Positions 7,533-15,750 of a DNA stretch of 32,000 nt are shown in pieces (within the stretch, counting starts at the first letter, position 1; every line of letters begins with the position of its first letter). The position numbers and the translations under genes are program-made. The notes below the pieces were generated by a model. That model saw only the letters and a list, made by a program, of their open reading frames with translations, was not told the DNA's origin and made no database searches. The DNA comes from Candidatus Saccharimonadota bacterium (GTDB taxonomy: Bacteria; Patescibacteriota; Gracilibacteria; UBA1369; 2-02-FULL-48-14), in NCBI GenBank assembly GCA_041661045.1, contig JBAZVE010000001.1:330001-362000 (forward strand). Reading direction: 5' to 3'.

Positions 7533-8564
7533 TTAAGCGAGAGAAGCCACTTTTTCTTTGATCATCCCTTCGAGTTCAGTGATGATCTGAGGGTTTTCCT
7601 TGAGGAAGTCTTTGGAGTTTTCACGACCTTGCCCAAGGCGAGTCTCGCCGTAGCTGTAGAAAGCGCCGGCTTTGCGTACAAATTCATATTTTGTGGCAAG
7701 ATCCAAGATGTCTCCCTCTTTCGAAATTCCTCGATTGTATAGAATGTCGAATTCTGCGGTTTTGAAAGGTGGCGCCACCTTGTTTTTCACCACTTTTACA
7801 CGAACTCGGTTGCCCACTTGTTCTTTGCCATCCCCACCACCTGCTTCCAATCCTTCGATGGATCCGATGCGACGGATATCGAGCCGTACGGAAGCGTAGA
7901 ATTTGAGTGCCTGACCTCCGGTTGTGGTCTCTGGATTTCCAAACATTACTCCGATTTTCATACGAAGCTGGTTGAGGAAAATCACGATACAATTGGACTT
8001 GCTGATGGATCCTGTGAGTTTTCGTAGAGCTTGGCTCATGAGACGGGCTTGGAGCCCCATTTGAGCGTCTCCCATTTCCCCTTCAATTTCCGCCCGAGGA
8101 ACGAGGGCGGCAACGGAATCGATCACAATGATATCTACCGCGTTGGATCGCACCAAAGTTTCGGTGATTTCCAGGGCTTGTTCCCCCATGTCGGGTTGAG
8201 AAAGCAGGAGGTTGTCCACATCCACTCCGATTTTGCGAGCGTAAGCGGGATCCAAGGCATGCTCCGCATCGACGAAGGCTGCCGTTCCTCCTTGCTTTTG
8301 AATCTCGGCAATCACATGGAGTGCGAGCGTTGTCTTACCGGAACTTTCCGGTCCGTAAATCTCAATCACTCGACCTTTGGGGATTCCTCCACCAAGAGCG
8401 AGATCGAGAGAGATGGATCCGGTGGAAACCGTTTCCACATCCATATGCCTGGATTCTCCAAGTTTCATGATGGAACCCGTCCCGAAACTTTTTTCAATTT
8501 GGGAGAGGGCGAGTTCGAGGGCCTTTTTGCGGTTGTCTATTCCCGCGTCTTCTTTTGCTACCAT
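7533..8564 (-). CDS. recA: Recombinase RecA
   Basis: Canonical RecA sequence throughout: [61 protein letters not shown]. Confidence 0.97.
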   Translation of the reverse strand: MVAKEDAGIDNRKKALELALSQIEKSFGTGSIMKLGESRHMDVETVSTGSISLDLALGGGIPKGRVIEIYGPESSGKTTLALHVIAEIQKQGGTAAFVDAEHALDPAYARKIGVDVDNLLLSQPDMGEQALEITETLVRSNAVDIIVIDSVAALVPRAEIEGEMGDAQMGLQARLMSQALRKLTGSISKSNCIVIFLNQLRMKIGVMFGNPETTTGGQALKFYASVRLDIRRIGSIEGLEAGGGDGKEQVGNRVRVKVVKNKVAPPFKTAEFDILYNRGISKEGDILDLATKYEFVRKAGAFYSYGETRLGQGRENSKDFLKENPQIITELEGMIKEKVASLA

Positions 8565-8599
8565 AGCGTGTTGGGTTAGTGATTAGGAAGCTTGTTTCG

Positions 8600-8628
8600 A
8601 GTATAGGTGAGCGCGCGCTCACCGTCAA
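8600..8628 (-). promoter_or_regulatory. recA promoter TTGACG-17-TATACT with an 18-bp perfect palindrome filling the spacer
   Basis: Minus strand reads CGCTTGACGGTGAGCGCGCGCTCACCTATACTCG. The palindrome GGTGAGCGCGCGCTCACC is at 8606-8623. Confidence 0.6.
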
Positions 8629-8685
8629 GCGATTTTATCATTCCGGCCGAATGACCCTTATGCTAGCCAAAAAAACGGGCAAAGT

Positions 8686-8712
8686 CCTGACAAAAACCTG
8701 AAAATTTCCTGA
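8686..8712 (-). promoter_or_regulatory. Three 11-bp-phased TCAGG boxes upstream of recA
   Basis: Minus strand reads CGGAATTCAGG AAATTTTCAGG TTTTTGTCAGG. CCTGA occurs on the plus strand at 8686, 8697 and 8708. The boxes lie 57 nt upstream of the recA -35. Confidence 0.5.
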
Positions 8713-8766
8713 ATTCCGTGAGTTGGCTTGATGAAGATGGGATTTATTGTTCGATTCAGGCTAGGC

Positions 8767-10008
8767 TTAAGCGCGGAACAAGTCCTGGGCGTGGGGATTA
8801 GCGAAGACGCGAGTGGAAAGGAGGGCGGATTCATCGAAGGGAGTGCCGGCGTCGGGGAGGACCTCCCAAAGGATTCCGTGGCGGGTCGGAAGGCCGAGCG
8901 CTTGAGTCCATTTGAGACCGATGATGTCGTCTTTTTCCATGGAAAGGTAGTAGCGGGCCTCCGGTTTTTTTTCTATGGCGGTGCTGAGCTGCTCCTTGTT
9001 TTTATTATGAAGAAGATCTTCGGTGCCGGCGGGCGGGGTTCCGGTGAGCTCAAAATATTTCCATTTGCGAAGCTTCACGGCAAAACCATGACCGCGGAGC
9101 GCGTTTTCTAAAGAGCCGGCCTCGTTGTCGGTGATTTTGAGTTCCACAAAAAATTCGTGCGCGCCCTGAGGAAGGACGAAGTCTGTGAGAGCAGTGGAGG
9201 GCGCTTGAAATTCAAGCGGTGGCATGGCCAGGGGAATTTGGTGAGAGGGATTTTCCGCGCGGGCTTCCATGTATGCGCGCATGGAACTGAAAATTTTGGG
9301 CATGGGTGCCGTGGGCGCGCGCTCCGGGTGGGGCATGATGGCCATGACATTTCCTTGTGGATTACAGATGGCGGCGGCGTTGTGCATGGCGCCATTTGGA
9401 TTCACCGGAAAGTCCGGATTGGTTTCTCCATTTTTTTCACAATAACGGAATACGATTTGGTTGTTTTCGATGAGTTTTTCCAAAAGATCCGGAATGGTGG
9501 TAGTGAAACGCCCTTCCCCGTGAGCCACCGGCACTTGTTCGATGTCTCCCATCCGATCGTAATCGAGGGTGAAGACCGAACGGCCCGGGGCTTCGCAGCG
9601 CACAAAAACATTCTCGTTGTAAAAGCCGGTGCCGAGGACTTTGCCATCTTTGATCCGTTTATTGCGAGCCAAAGACATGAGGAGTTCGTGATTTTTATTT
9701 CCCGGAATGAGGCCGCTTTCCACTAAAATTTGCGCTCCATTGCAGATTCCAAGTACGGGCTTCCCCGCTTCCGCCTGGCGACGGATTTCTTGCATGATGG
9801 GGTCCATGGAAGCGATGAGTCCGCTTCGTCCACGGTCTTCGTATGAAAATCCTCCCGGAATCACGAAGCCGTCGTAGGCTTCCAGATCGGCGGGGTTTTG
9901 ATTCCAACGGAAAAAATTGGCGTTGATACCCGCATCCCACAGTGCACGAAGGGTTTCGTACTCTGAGTTTATTCCCGGAAATTGGAGGACGGCAACGCGA
10001 GGGCTCAT
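8767..10008 (-). CDS. purQ: FGAM synthase glutaminase subunit PurQ with a fused C-terminal PurS-like domain
   Basis: The N-terminal ~260 aa form a class I amidotransferase (LGICNGAQIL, HGEGRF, MPHPER). The C-terminal ~150 aa resemble PurS (FFVELKITDNEAGSLENALRGHGF.VKLRKWKYFEL ... VFANPHAQDLF). ATGA overlap with the purL stop. Confidence 0.85.
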   Translation of the reverse strand: MSPRVAVLQFPGINSEYETLRALWDAGINANFFRWNQNPADLEAYDGFVIPGGFSYEDRGRSGLIASMDPIMQEIRRQAEAGKPVLGICNGAQILVESGLIPGNKNHELLMSLARNKRIKDGKVLGTGFYNENVFVRCEAPGRSVFTLDYDRMGDIEQVPVAHGEGRFTTTIPDLLEKLIENNQIVFRYCEKNGETNPDFPVNPNGAMHNAAAICNPQGNVMAIMPHPERAPTAPMPKIFSSMRAYMEARAENPSHQIPLAMPPLEFQAPSTALTDFVLPQGAHEFFVELKITDNEAGSLENALRGHGFAVKLRKWKYFELTGTPPAGTEDLLHNKNKEQLSTAIEKKPEARYYLSMEKDDIIGLKWTQALGLPTRHGILWEVLPDAGTPFDESALLSTRVFANPHAQDLFRA

Positions 10009-12389
10009 GGATTTAATTTGTTACGAAGTCCGTTCAGCCAAGTGTCCACCACTAAGCTTTTGGGGAGGCTGAATACAAGTTCTCCTTTATTGAAAATAGA
10101 AAAGGCTTGAGCGGTGCCCGTGGCTCCGATCCATAGAGGCTCCACTTTAAATCGGGCACAAATGCCTTCGAAATGGCTGGCGTCATCCTCGGAAACTTCC
10201 ACCACAAAACCTCCGGTTTCGCTGAAAAGCAGGGTGTCGAGAGGGGTTTCACCACACTTGCTCAAATCGATGCTGAGTCCATATTCTCCTTCTCCACGAC
10301 CGCCGGCCATCATCTCCGCCAGCGTGATGGCTAAGCCTCCATCTGAAATGTCGTGACACGCAAGGACCGCGCTGCGGTCCACCGCCATAACCATGGTTCT
10401 GAGTTCCTGTTCCACTTGTTTGAAGTCGGGCTTGGGCACGTTCATTCCCAAAAATCCCAGCTGTTTGTAGTACTCACTTCCGCCCAATTCTTCTTTTCGT
10501 TTTCCGATCAAATAGATTCGGCTTTTGGGCTGCTTGAACTGCATGGTCACCGCTAAATCGGTGTCTTCGATTCGCCCCAAGGTTCCGATGATTGGAGAAG
10601 GTGCGATGCTTCCACTTTGAGAGAAATTGTAGAGGGAGACATTTCCCGAAACCACGGGCACGGGCTCTCCTTTATAATCCAAATGACCCACTCCCTCCAG
10701 CGCTTCCTTGATGCCGCGAATGCTTTCCACGAGTTCCCACATTTGCTCGGGATTTTCGGGATTTCCAAAATTGAGACAGTCGGTGACGGCCCAGGGCGTT
10801 GCCCCGACGGCGGCCACATTGCGCATGCCTTCCACCACGGCGTTCACTCCGGCCCAGTAGGGAGAAATTCTTCCGTAGCGAGGGTTGCTGTCCACACTGA
10901 GTGCGGCGCCCACTTTGTGGATTTCCGGTGCTTCTTCACGGTTGCGGAAGGGCTGGAGCAAGCCTGCGTCCGCCATGCCCGGTTCAAAAACCGTTTGCCC
11001 TTGCACCACTTTGTCGTAGTTCTCAAAAATGGGCAGGCGGGAGGCGATGTTTTCGCTGCCCAAAATTTTAAGGAAATTTTCTTGAAGGGCTTCGGGTGTG
11101 TTTTGAGCGGCCCTTTCCTCTGCGCTTGGCTCGGGAAAATGGCGCTCCGGTTCGGAAAAAGCTCTATCGTACTGCACGCCTTCGGTGACTTGCGCCGCCG
11201 GCGCATCGACTAAAACTTCGTCTCCAAAACGCACTCGATAATTCCCCACTGTCACCTTCCCCACCAAACTGGCGCTGGCTCCCACTGAAACACCGGGGAG
11301 ATCCCATTCTTTATTGTAGTGATCCAAAATTCTTTCTGTCAGCGAGGGGTGGCAAATCCAGCAGAAGCGCTCTTGCGTTTCGGCACAGGCCACCACTGCG
11401 GGGGGCAAATCTTTGGAGGTGGTGTGCACAAGCGCGAGATCAATTTCCGCTCCAAGTCCCGCTCGCTCCACTTGTTCCACGGAGGCACACACAATGCCGC
11501 CGGCGCCCATATCCTTGAAGCTCACTTTGTCGAGGTCGCCCGATTCTTGCAGTTTTTTAAAGAGGGTATAGGTGGACTCCGCGATGTGGCGCTCGAGGAA
11601 GGGATTGGGCTCTTGCACCGCGCCTTTGTTCGCCTCCTTGTCTTCTTCTTTGAGCTGGAGCGAGGCGAAAGCGGCACCGCCCATTCCGGATTGATCCGTG
11701 GGTTTTCCAACCACAATAATATCCCAGCCCACTGCATCCGGGGGAACAAAGGAATGAATGATTTCGTCTTCCCGTAATGCCCCCAGACAAACCACATTCA
11801 CCAAACAATTGTCGTTGAAGGATTCGTCAAAATAAGTGTCTCCCGCAAGATTGGGAACTCCCAGTGGATTTCCGTAGCCCGCAATTCCCTCCACGACTCC
11901 GTTGGCGATTTGTCTACTCAGGGTTCTGTCTATTTGTCCAAACCGCAGCGGATCGGCCACGGCCACCGCGCGGCCTCCCATCACAATAATGTCCCGCACC
12001 ATTCCTCCAATTCCGGTTGCGGCGCCTTCAAAAGGCACCACTTGCGAGGGGTGATTGTGCGATTCGTGACCCAAAATAACTCCATAACTTCGGTGCTGTT
12101 TATCGAGAGCAAAGTGGACAATTCCGGCGTCTTCTCCAACTCCCAACATGACATTGGATGCCTGAATGGGCAGGGTGCGGAGGTGTTTTTTGCTGCTTCG
12201 GTAGGAGCAGTGTTCGCTTCCTTGAATTCCCCACACAATCGCTTCGGTGAGCGTTGGCGGGCGGGCTAAAATCGCTTGGACCTTTCTTGCTTCCTCCGGT
12301 GTGAGTCCAATTTTATTTTCAGAAAGCACGCGCAAAATTTCCTCGTCCGACATGGCGGCAAAATCGAGACCATTTGAGGGGGAAGCCAT
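10005..12389 (-). CDS. purL: FGAM synthase subunit PurL
   Basis: 794 aa. PurL motifs SEHCSYRS, GHESHNHPS and GGAAF, and duplicated PurM-like domains. Confidence 0.92.
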   Translation of the reverse strand: MASPSNGLDFAAMSDEEILRVLSENKIGLTPEEARKVQAILARPPTLTEAIVWGIQGSEHCSYRSSKKHLRTLPIQASNVMLGVGEDAGIVHFALDKQHRSYGVILGHESHNHPSQVVPFEGAATGIGGMVRDIIVMGGRAVAVADPLRFGQIDRTLSRQIANGVVEGIAGYGNPLGVPNLAGDTYFDESFNDNCLVNVVCLGALREDEIIHSFVPPDAVGWDIIVVGKPTDQSGMGGAAFASLQLKEEDKEANKGAVQEPNPFLERHIAESTYTLFKKLQESGDLDKVSFKDMGAGGIVCASVEQVERAGLGAEIDLALVHTTSKDLPPAVVACAETQERFCWICHPSLTERILDHYNKEWDLPGVSVGASASLVGKVTVGNYRVRFGDEVLVDAPAAQVTEGVQYDRAFSEPERHFPEPSAEERAAQNTPEALQENFLKILGSENIASRLPIFENYDKVVQGQTVFEPGMADAGLLQPFRNREEAPEIHKVGAALSVDSNPRYGRISPYWAGVNAVVEGMRNVAAVGATPWAVTDCLNFGNPENPEQMWELVESIRGIKEALEGVGHLDYKGEPVPVVSGNVSLYNFSQSGSIAPSPIIGTLGRIEDTDLAVTMQFKQPKSRIYLIGKRKEELGGSEYYKQLGFLGMNVPKPDFKQVEQELRTMVMAVDRSAVLACHDISDGGLAITLAEMMAGGRGEGEYGLSIDLSKCGETPLDTLLFSETGGFVVEVSEDDASHFEGICARFKVEPLWIGATGTAQAFSIFNKGELVFSLPKSLVVDTWLNGLRNKLNP

Positions 12390-12397
12390 ACAAAGGC

Positions 12398-12427
12398 AAT
12401 ATAGGGGAGGCGGGGGGCTTTTGTAAA
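12398..12427 (-). promoter_or_regulatory. Putative purL promoter TTTACA-18-TATATT, with the -10 box 8 nt from the ATG
   Basis: Minus strand reads CACTTTACAAAAGCCCCCCGCCTCCCCTATATTGCCTTTGTATG. Confidence 0.45.
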
Positions 12428-12463
12428 GTGCATGCGTGAATCCGCGAGCCGGAGTGAGTTCGC

Positions 12464-12493
12464 TTGATTAAGTGTGGTTTGGTGTTATAGAAT
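12464..12493 (+). promoter_or_regulatory. Putative ECF sigma gene promoter TTGATT-18-TAGAAT, with the -10 box 6 nt from the ATG
   Basis: TTGATTAAGTGTGGTTTGGTGTTATAGAATAGGGCAATG. Confidence 0.45.
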
Positions 12494-12499
12494 AGGGCA

Positions 12500-13099
12500 A
12501 TGAATACACCCTCATCCTTTCGACCTTCAAATCGACCTTCACGCCGGGCAGGACAAAAACCGGTTTGTGAAATGTCTTCAGAGGAACTTGGGACTGTGCT
12601 TTTGTCTTATAAGAACGGGCTTCTCGCCTACTTGTGTAACCATGGGCTTGAAGTTGACCCCTTTCTTGCAGAAGATATTTTCTACACCGTGGTTGAACGG
12701 ACCCTTCGCTATCATCGTGATGGGCCGCGCCCCATCGAGAACCTTGGCACATTCATGTATAGAATAGCGATCAATCTGGCCATGAATAAAGGCTCAGCGG
12801 CTGCAAAAGAATCTGATGTCCTTGAGACTTATGCTCTTAGGTGCCTTCCTGATGGAGATCCTATAAATCCTGAACTTGCCCTTGAACGAAAGCGAGAGGC
12901 TGATGCAGTGCGACGCGCCATGGGGGCCTTACCCTCTGCTCAGAGGGCAGCCGTTCAAGAGCTTCAACTCCATGGGAAAACCGGCCTGGAAGCCGCTCAG
13001 GCGCTTGGCGTAAAGCACTCCAGCCTTCGTGTTCAGCTGAACAGGGCGCTGCATGCACTTCGTCAAAATGAAGACCTTCGCGCTTCAAGAGCTGCTTAA
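12500..13099 (+). CDS. ECF-type RNA polymerase sigma factor (sigma-70 family)
   Basis: Region 2 (FMYRIAINLAMNK) and region 4 HTH (LPSAQRAAVQELQLHGKTGLEAAQALGVKHSSLRVQLNRALHALRQ). An internal start at MSSEELG is possible. No anti-sigma gene is adjacent. Confidence 0.75.
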   Translation: MNTPSSFRPSNRPSRRAGQKPVCEMSSEELGTVLLSYKNGLLAYLCNHGLEVDPFLAEDIFYTVVERTLRYHRDGPRPIENLGTFMYRIAINLAMNKGSAAAKESDVLETYALRCLPDGDPINPELALERKREADAVRRAMGALPSAQRAAVQELQLHGKTGLEAAQALGVKHSSLRVQLNRALHALRQNEDLRASRAA

Positions 13100-13744
13100 A
13101 GACACCCTCCCGCCTTCCACATGGATTTGATCTTTTTTGAAGTGGTCGATGAGGGTGAGGTTGTGGGTGGCAAAGATGACGGTGGCACCTTCGGTGTGGA
13201 GTTTTTGGAAAAGATGCACGATTTCGAGGGCGCTTTGGGGGTCGAGGTTTCCGGTGGGCTCGTCGGCGATGATGAGACGGGGCTCGTGGATGAGGGCGCG
13301 GGCAATGGCGGTGCGTTGTTTTTCACCTCCCGAAAGCATGTAGGGAAAATGGTGGCGGGCTTGAGAAAGATTCACTTTTTCTAAAATTTCAGGCACTCGT
13401 TCGGCGATTTGATTCTCACTGTAACCGCAAACTTCCATGGCAAACGCAATGTTTTCATACACGGTTTTTTTGGGGAGAAGTTTGTAATCCTGGAAAACGA
13501 TGCCCAGCTTGCGGCGGTATTCTTGAAGCGCTTTTTGGTTGAATTTTGTGACCGCGTATCCGTCCACCGTGATTTCTCCGCTGGAGAGCGGGATGGCCCC
13601 GATCAACGCGTGAATGAGAGTTGTTTTCCCCGCTCCGGAGGCTCCCGTGAGCCACGCCCACGCTCCACCTTGAATTTGAAGGCTCACATTGTCCAAAACC
13701 AGGCGATCTCCGTATTTTTTGGTGGCGTTTTTGAACTCGATCAT
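13085..13744 (-). CDS. ftsE: Cell division ABC ATPase FtsE-like
   Basis: Start taken at [12 protein letters not shown] (ATG at 13744). Walker [10 protein letters not shown], signature LSGGEKQR, Walker [13 protein letters not shown]; 219 aa. No ftsX is adjacent. Confidence 0.8.
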   Translation of the reverse strand: MIEFKNATKKYGDRLVLDNVSLQIQGGAWAWLTGASGAGKTTLIHALIGAIPLSSGEITVDGYAVTKFNQKALQEYRRKLGIVFQDYKLLPKKTVYENIAFAMEVCGYSENQIAERVPEILEKVNLSQARHHFPYMLSGGEKQRTAIARALIHEPRLIIADEPTGNLDPQSALEIVHLFQKLHTEGATVIFATHNLTLIDHFKKDQIHVEGGRVSLSSS

Positions 13745-13758
13745 GGATGGAGTATACT
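13731..13758 (+). promoter_or_regulatory. Putative xerC-like promoter TTGAAC-16-TATACT, with the -10 box 6 nt from ATG 13765
   Basis: TTGAACTCGATCATGGATGGAGTATACTCGCAGCATG. It lies inside the divergent ftsE 5' coding end. Confidence 0.5.
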
Positions 13759-13764
13759 CGCAGC

Positions 13765-14688
13765 ATGACCGATGTGACAACTCTCCAACGCCTGATAACT
13801 CGTTTCCTCGAGCATCTTGAAGTGGGCAAGAATAGATCGTCCAAAACCATCGAGAATTATCATCATTATTTGCAACGCTTTGCGGAGTTTTATGGGGATC
13901 GGGCGATGGCGAATTTGAGCACTTCCGATGTCCATGCCTATCAACTTTTTTTGAATCGTTTTATGGACGCGCGGGAGCATGGTCTGGGGGTGAAGACTCA
14001 AAATTATCACCTGATTGCCCTGCGGGCGTTTTTGAAATATTTGGTGCGGATGGATGAACCGTCTTTGGCGCCGGAGAAAGTCGATCTTAAAAAAATTCCC
14101 GAACGCAGTGTGGATTTTTTATCACGCGAGGAAGTGGAACGGTTGTTTGAAGTGGTGGATTTAGGAAAACGGGGAGGGCTAAGGGACCGGGCGGCGCTGG
14201 AAACTTTGTATTCCACGGGACTGCGCGTTTCGGAATTGGTGGGTTTGAATCGGAGCCAAGTGGATTTGGAGCGGCGGGAATTCACCGTTCGCGGGAAGGG
14301 GAAAAAGCCGCGCATTGTTTTTTTGTCGGAGCGCTGCGTGAAATGGCTTAAGCTTTATTTGGCGGATCGGGCGGATAACTGGGAGCCGGTGTTCATCAGC
14401 TTTGGGCGAAATCGCGAGGGAGAGGAATTGGGGCTTGGCGAAAAGCGGCGGCTCACGGCGTATTCCATTGAGGAAATGGTACGGCGAGCGGGCCGTTTGG
14501 CAGGCATTGGAAAGCGCGTGACGCCCCATTTGCTGAGGCACAGTTTTGCGACGGAGCTGCTGCACAACGGCGCGGACATTCGCAGCGTGCAAGAAATGCT
14601 GGGACATGCTTCCATCACGACCACGCAGATTTACACGCACTCCACGAATGAGCGCTTGCGGGAGGTGCATGAAAAGTTTCATAAGTGA
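13765..14688 (+). CDS. xerC: Tyrosine site-specific recombinase (XerC/XerD family)
   Basis: Catalytic residues lie in TGLRVSEL, GKGKKPR, HLLRHSFAT and GHASITTTQIYTH. Start set at ATG 13765, 6 nt after a TATACT box. The track start at 13747 is the alternative. Confidence 0.85.
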   Translation: MTDVTTLQRLITRFLEHLEVGKNRSSKTIENYHHYLQRFAEFYGDRAMANLSTSDVHAYQLFLNRFMDAREHGLGVKTQNYHLIALRAFLKYLVRMDEPSLAPEKVDLKKIPERSVDFLSREEVERLFEVVDLGKRGGLRDRAALETLYSTGLRVSELVGLNRSQVDLERREFTVRGKGKKPRIVFLSERCVKWLKLYLADRADNWEPVFISFGRNREGEELGLGEKRRLTAYSIEEMVRRAGRLAGIGKRVTPHLLRHSFATELLHNGADIRSVQEMLGHASITTTQIYTHSTNERLREVHEKFHK

Positions 14689-14761
14689 GGGGGGCTTTTG
14701 GCTTGCACTTGCTTGATATCCTTTGCTAGCATGGGAAAGTCTTTTACATTAATTACTTATA
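14689..14761 (+). repeat. Cassette module copy 1 (truncated left part, promoter-like core, shared leader string)
   Basis: GGGGGGCTTTTGGCTTGCACTTGC, then TTGCAC(14703-14708)-18-TAGCAT(14727-14732), then ATTAATTACTTATA (14748-14761). Confidence 0.6.
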
Positions 14762-14768
14762 TTTCATC

Positions 14769-15032
14769 ATGGCGCACAGGCGAATACTTGTGGACGGAGA
14801 AGGGGGATTTAAGGGTCTTCCAACATTTTGGGGCAACCCGGAGCATAATCCTGAGTTTAGGGCGGCTTTTCGTGCGCCTCGCATGCGTGATCCAGAGGAA
14901 GTGCGAAAGTGGCAGGAGGCAAATGCCGGCACAATTCGCGCTAGTCTAATTGAACTTGGGGCTCAATGGGACGCTGAGAGGGATGTGTTTCGTGCGGCAT
15001 TAGTAGAGTCAGAGCGGAAGGCGAAGGGATAA
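14769..15032 (+). CDS. Small hypothetical protein, cassette paralog 1 (87 aa)
   Basis: Shares RI.V[DN]G.GG...P..WG..E.[ND]P[ED][FW], KW.E and a [DE]RKAK[GR] C-terminus with the next ORF. Preceded by the reiterated promoter module. Confidence 0.65.
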   Translation: MAHRRILVDGEGGFKGLPTFWGNPEHNPEFRAAFRAPRMRDPEEVRKWQEANAGTIRASLIELGAQWDAERDVFRAALVESERKAKG

Positions 15033-15128
15033 GACCAGCTTTCTGCTTTGTTCACGATGCTTGAGGAAGGGCCTTTTGGCTTGCACTTGCCTCCTATCCT
15101 TGGTTAGAATCAGAATTAATTACTTATA
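15005..15128 (+). repeat. Cassette module copy 2 (full module)
   Basis: 15005-15084 matches 15429-15508 with 5 mismatches by hand alignment. TTGCAC(15081-15086)-18-TAGAAT(15105-15110), then ATTAATTACTTATA (15115-15128). Confidence 0.65.
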
Positions 15129-15132
15129 ATTT

Positions 15133-15456
15133 ATGGATAAAAAGGAGGAAAAGGAGGAAAAGCTATACTCCGGAGAGCGTGGGGATGTGCCAGGACGAAT
15201 AACTGTGAACGGACATGGCGGGTGTCATGTGCCAAAGGGTTGGGGGCCCATAGAGGCGGATCCCGACTGGATAGCGATGCAAGCGGCGAAGTTGCCGCCC
15301 CTGATAGATTATGATAAATGGTGCGAATACCATGACACCCATGCCGAGGAAGTTGATGCTCGCCTACGGCAGGTTCGTGAGAAATTTCTTCTTGAGGCTC
15401 CGGATCTTCTTGAGGGATTAAGAAAGGCAGAGGCAGATCGGAAGGCGAAGAGATAA
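15133..15456 (+). CDS. Small hypothetical protein, cassette paralog 2 (107 aa)
   Basis: Paralogous to 14769..15032: GRITVNGHGGCHVPKGWGPIEADPDW versus RRILVDGEGGFKGLPTFWGNPEHNPEF. The 3' end and downstream module are near-identical at the DNA level. Confidence 0.65.
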   Translation: MDKKEEKEEKLYSGERGDVPGRITVNGHGGCHVPKGWGPIEADPDWIAMQAAKLPPLIDYDKWCEYHDTHAEEVDARLRQVREKFLLEAPDLLEGLRKAEADRKAKR

Positions 15457-15532
15457 GACCAGCTTTCTGGTTTGTTCATGATGCTTGAGGAAGGGCCTTT
15501 TGGCTTGCTAAAATATGGGTTAATGTTAAAAT
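15429..15532 (+). repeat. Cassette module copy 3 (left part conserved, right part diverged)
   Basis: Same ~80-nt block as copy 2, including hairpin ACCAG-CTTT-CTGGT (15458-15471). Followed by TTGCTA(15505-15510)-16-TAAAAT(15527-15532). Confidence 0.65.
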
Positions 15533-15573
15533 ATGCGCTTAAACCCTAATGAGCTGTCATCGTGAAGACCCCA

Positions 15574-15750
15574 ATGGGACCAAAAGAAGTTCTTGAGCAG
15601 CTGGAGGCGGCTCAAGGTATAAATGGAGACCAGTCAGAGGGGTTTGACTCGTATGCTCCACTGGCTCTGTGTGCGGCTTGGGTTCACCGAGCTGTCTTTG
15701 AGGGGAGTGCTGAGGGGCTTGCCGGATTGGAGCTTAGGCAGAGCCAATAA
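15574..15750 (+). CDS. Short acidic ORF (58 aa), third cassette; possible 5' part of a frameshifted gene
   Basis: ATG at 15574 (GTG at 15562 is the alternative). Product MGPKEVLEQLEAAQGINGDQSEGFDSYAPL... looks protein-like and carries a weak INGD..EGF echo of the paralog motif. It ends 4 codons after a CTT AGG C heptamer. Confidence 0.45.
   Translation: MGPKEVLEQLEAAQGINGDQSEGFDSYAPLALCAAWVHRAVFEGSAEGLAGLELRQSQ

Noticed and set aside
8606-8623. The recA palindrome as the intrinsic terminator of purQ
   Set aside because: No U-tract follows on either strand. It sits exactly in the 17-nt spacer between good -35 and -10 hexamers, so an operator fits better.
12468-12752. 94-aa minus-strand ORF overlapping the ECF sigma gene start
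   Set aside because: It lies antisense to a gene with clear sigma-70 regions and would run through the purL/sigma divergent promoter region. No motifs are present.
14698-14949. 83-aa ORF overlapping cassette 1 in another frame
   Set aside because: It begins inside the repeated promoter-like module and its product is Cys/Arg/Leu-rich. The alternative frame (14769-15032) has a clear paralog downstream, which supports that frame instead.
14689-15532. Reading the reiterated inter-cassette repeats as a CRISPR array or as integron attC sites
   Set aside because: There are only three copies, spaced about 380-425 bp apart with protein-coding ORFs between them, so this is not CRISPR. The only secondary structure is a 5-7 bp terminator-like hairpin. 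By eye I see no paired R/L core sites (RYYYAAC...GTTRRRY), and each unit carries its own promoter-like boxes, unlike integron cassettes. Formal attC model scanning is still suggested in the findings.
15533-15565. 10-codon mini-ORF (MRLNPNELSS) immediately after the TAAAAT box of cassette 3
   Set aside because: It starts directly at the end of the putative -10 box, so it would lie upstream of the TSS. It is too short and has no supporting conservation evidence.
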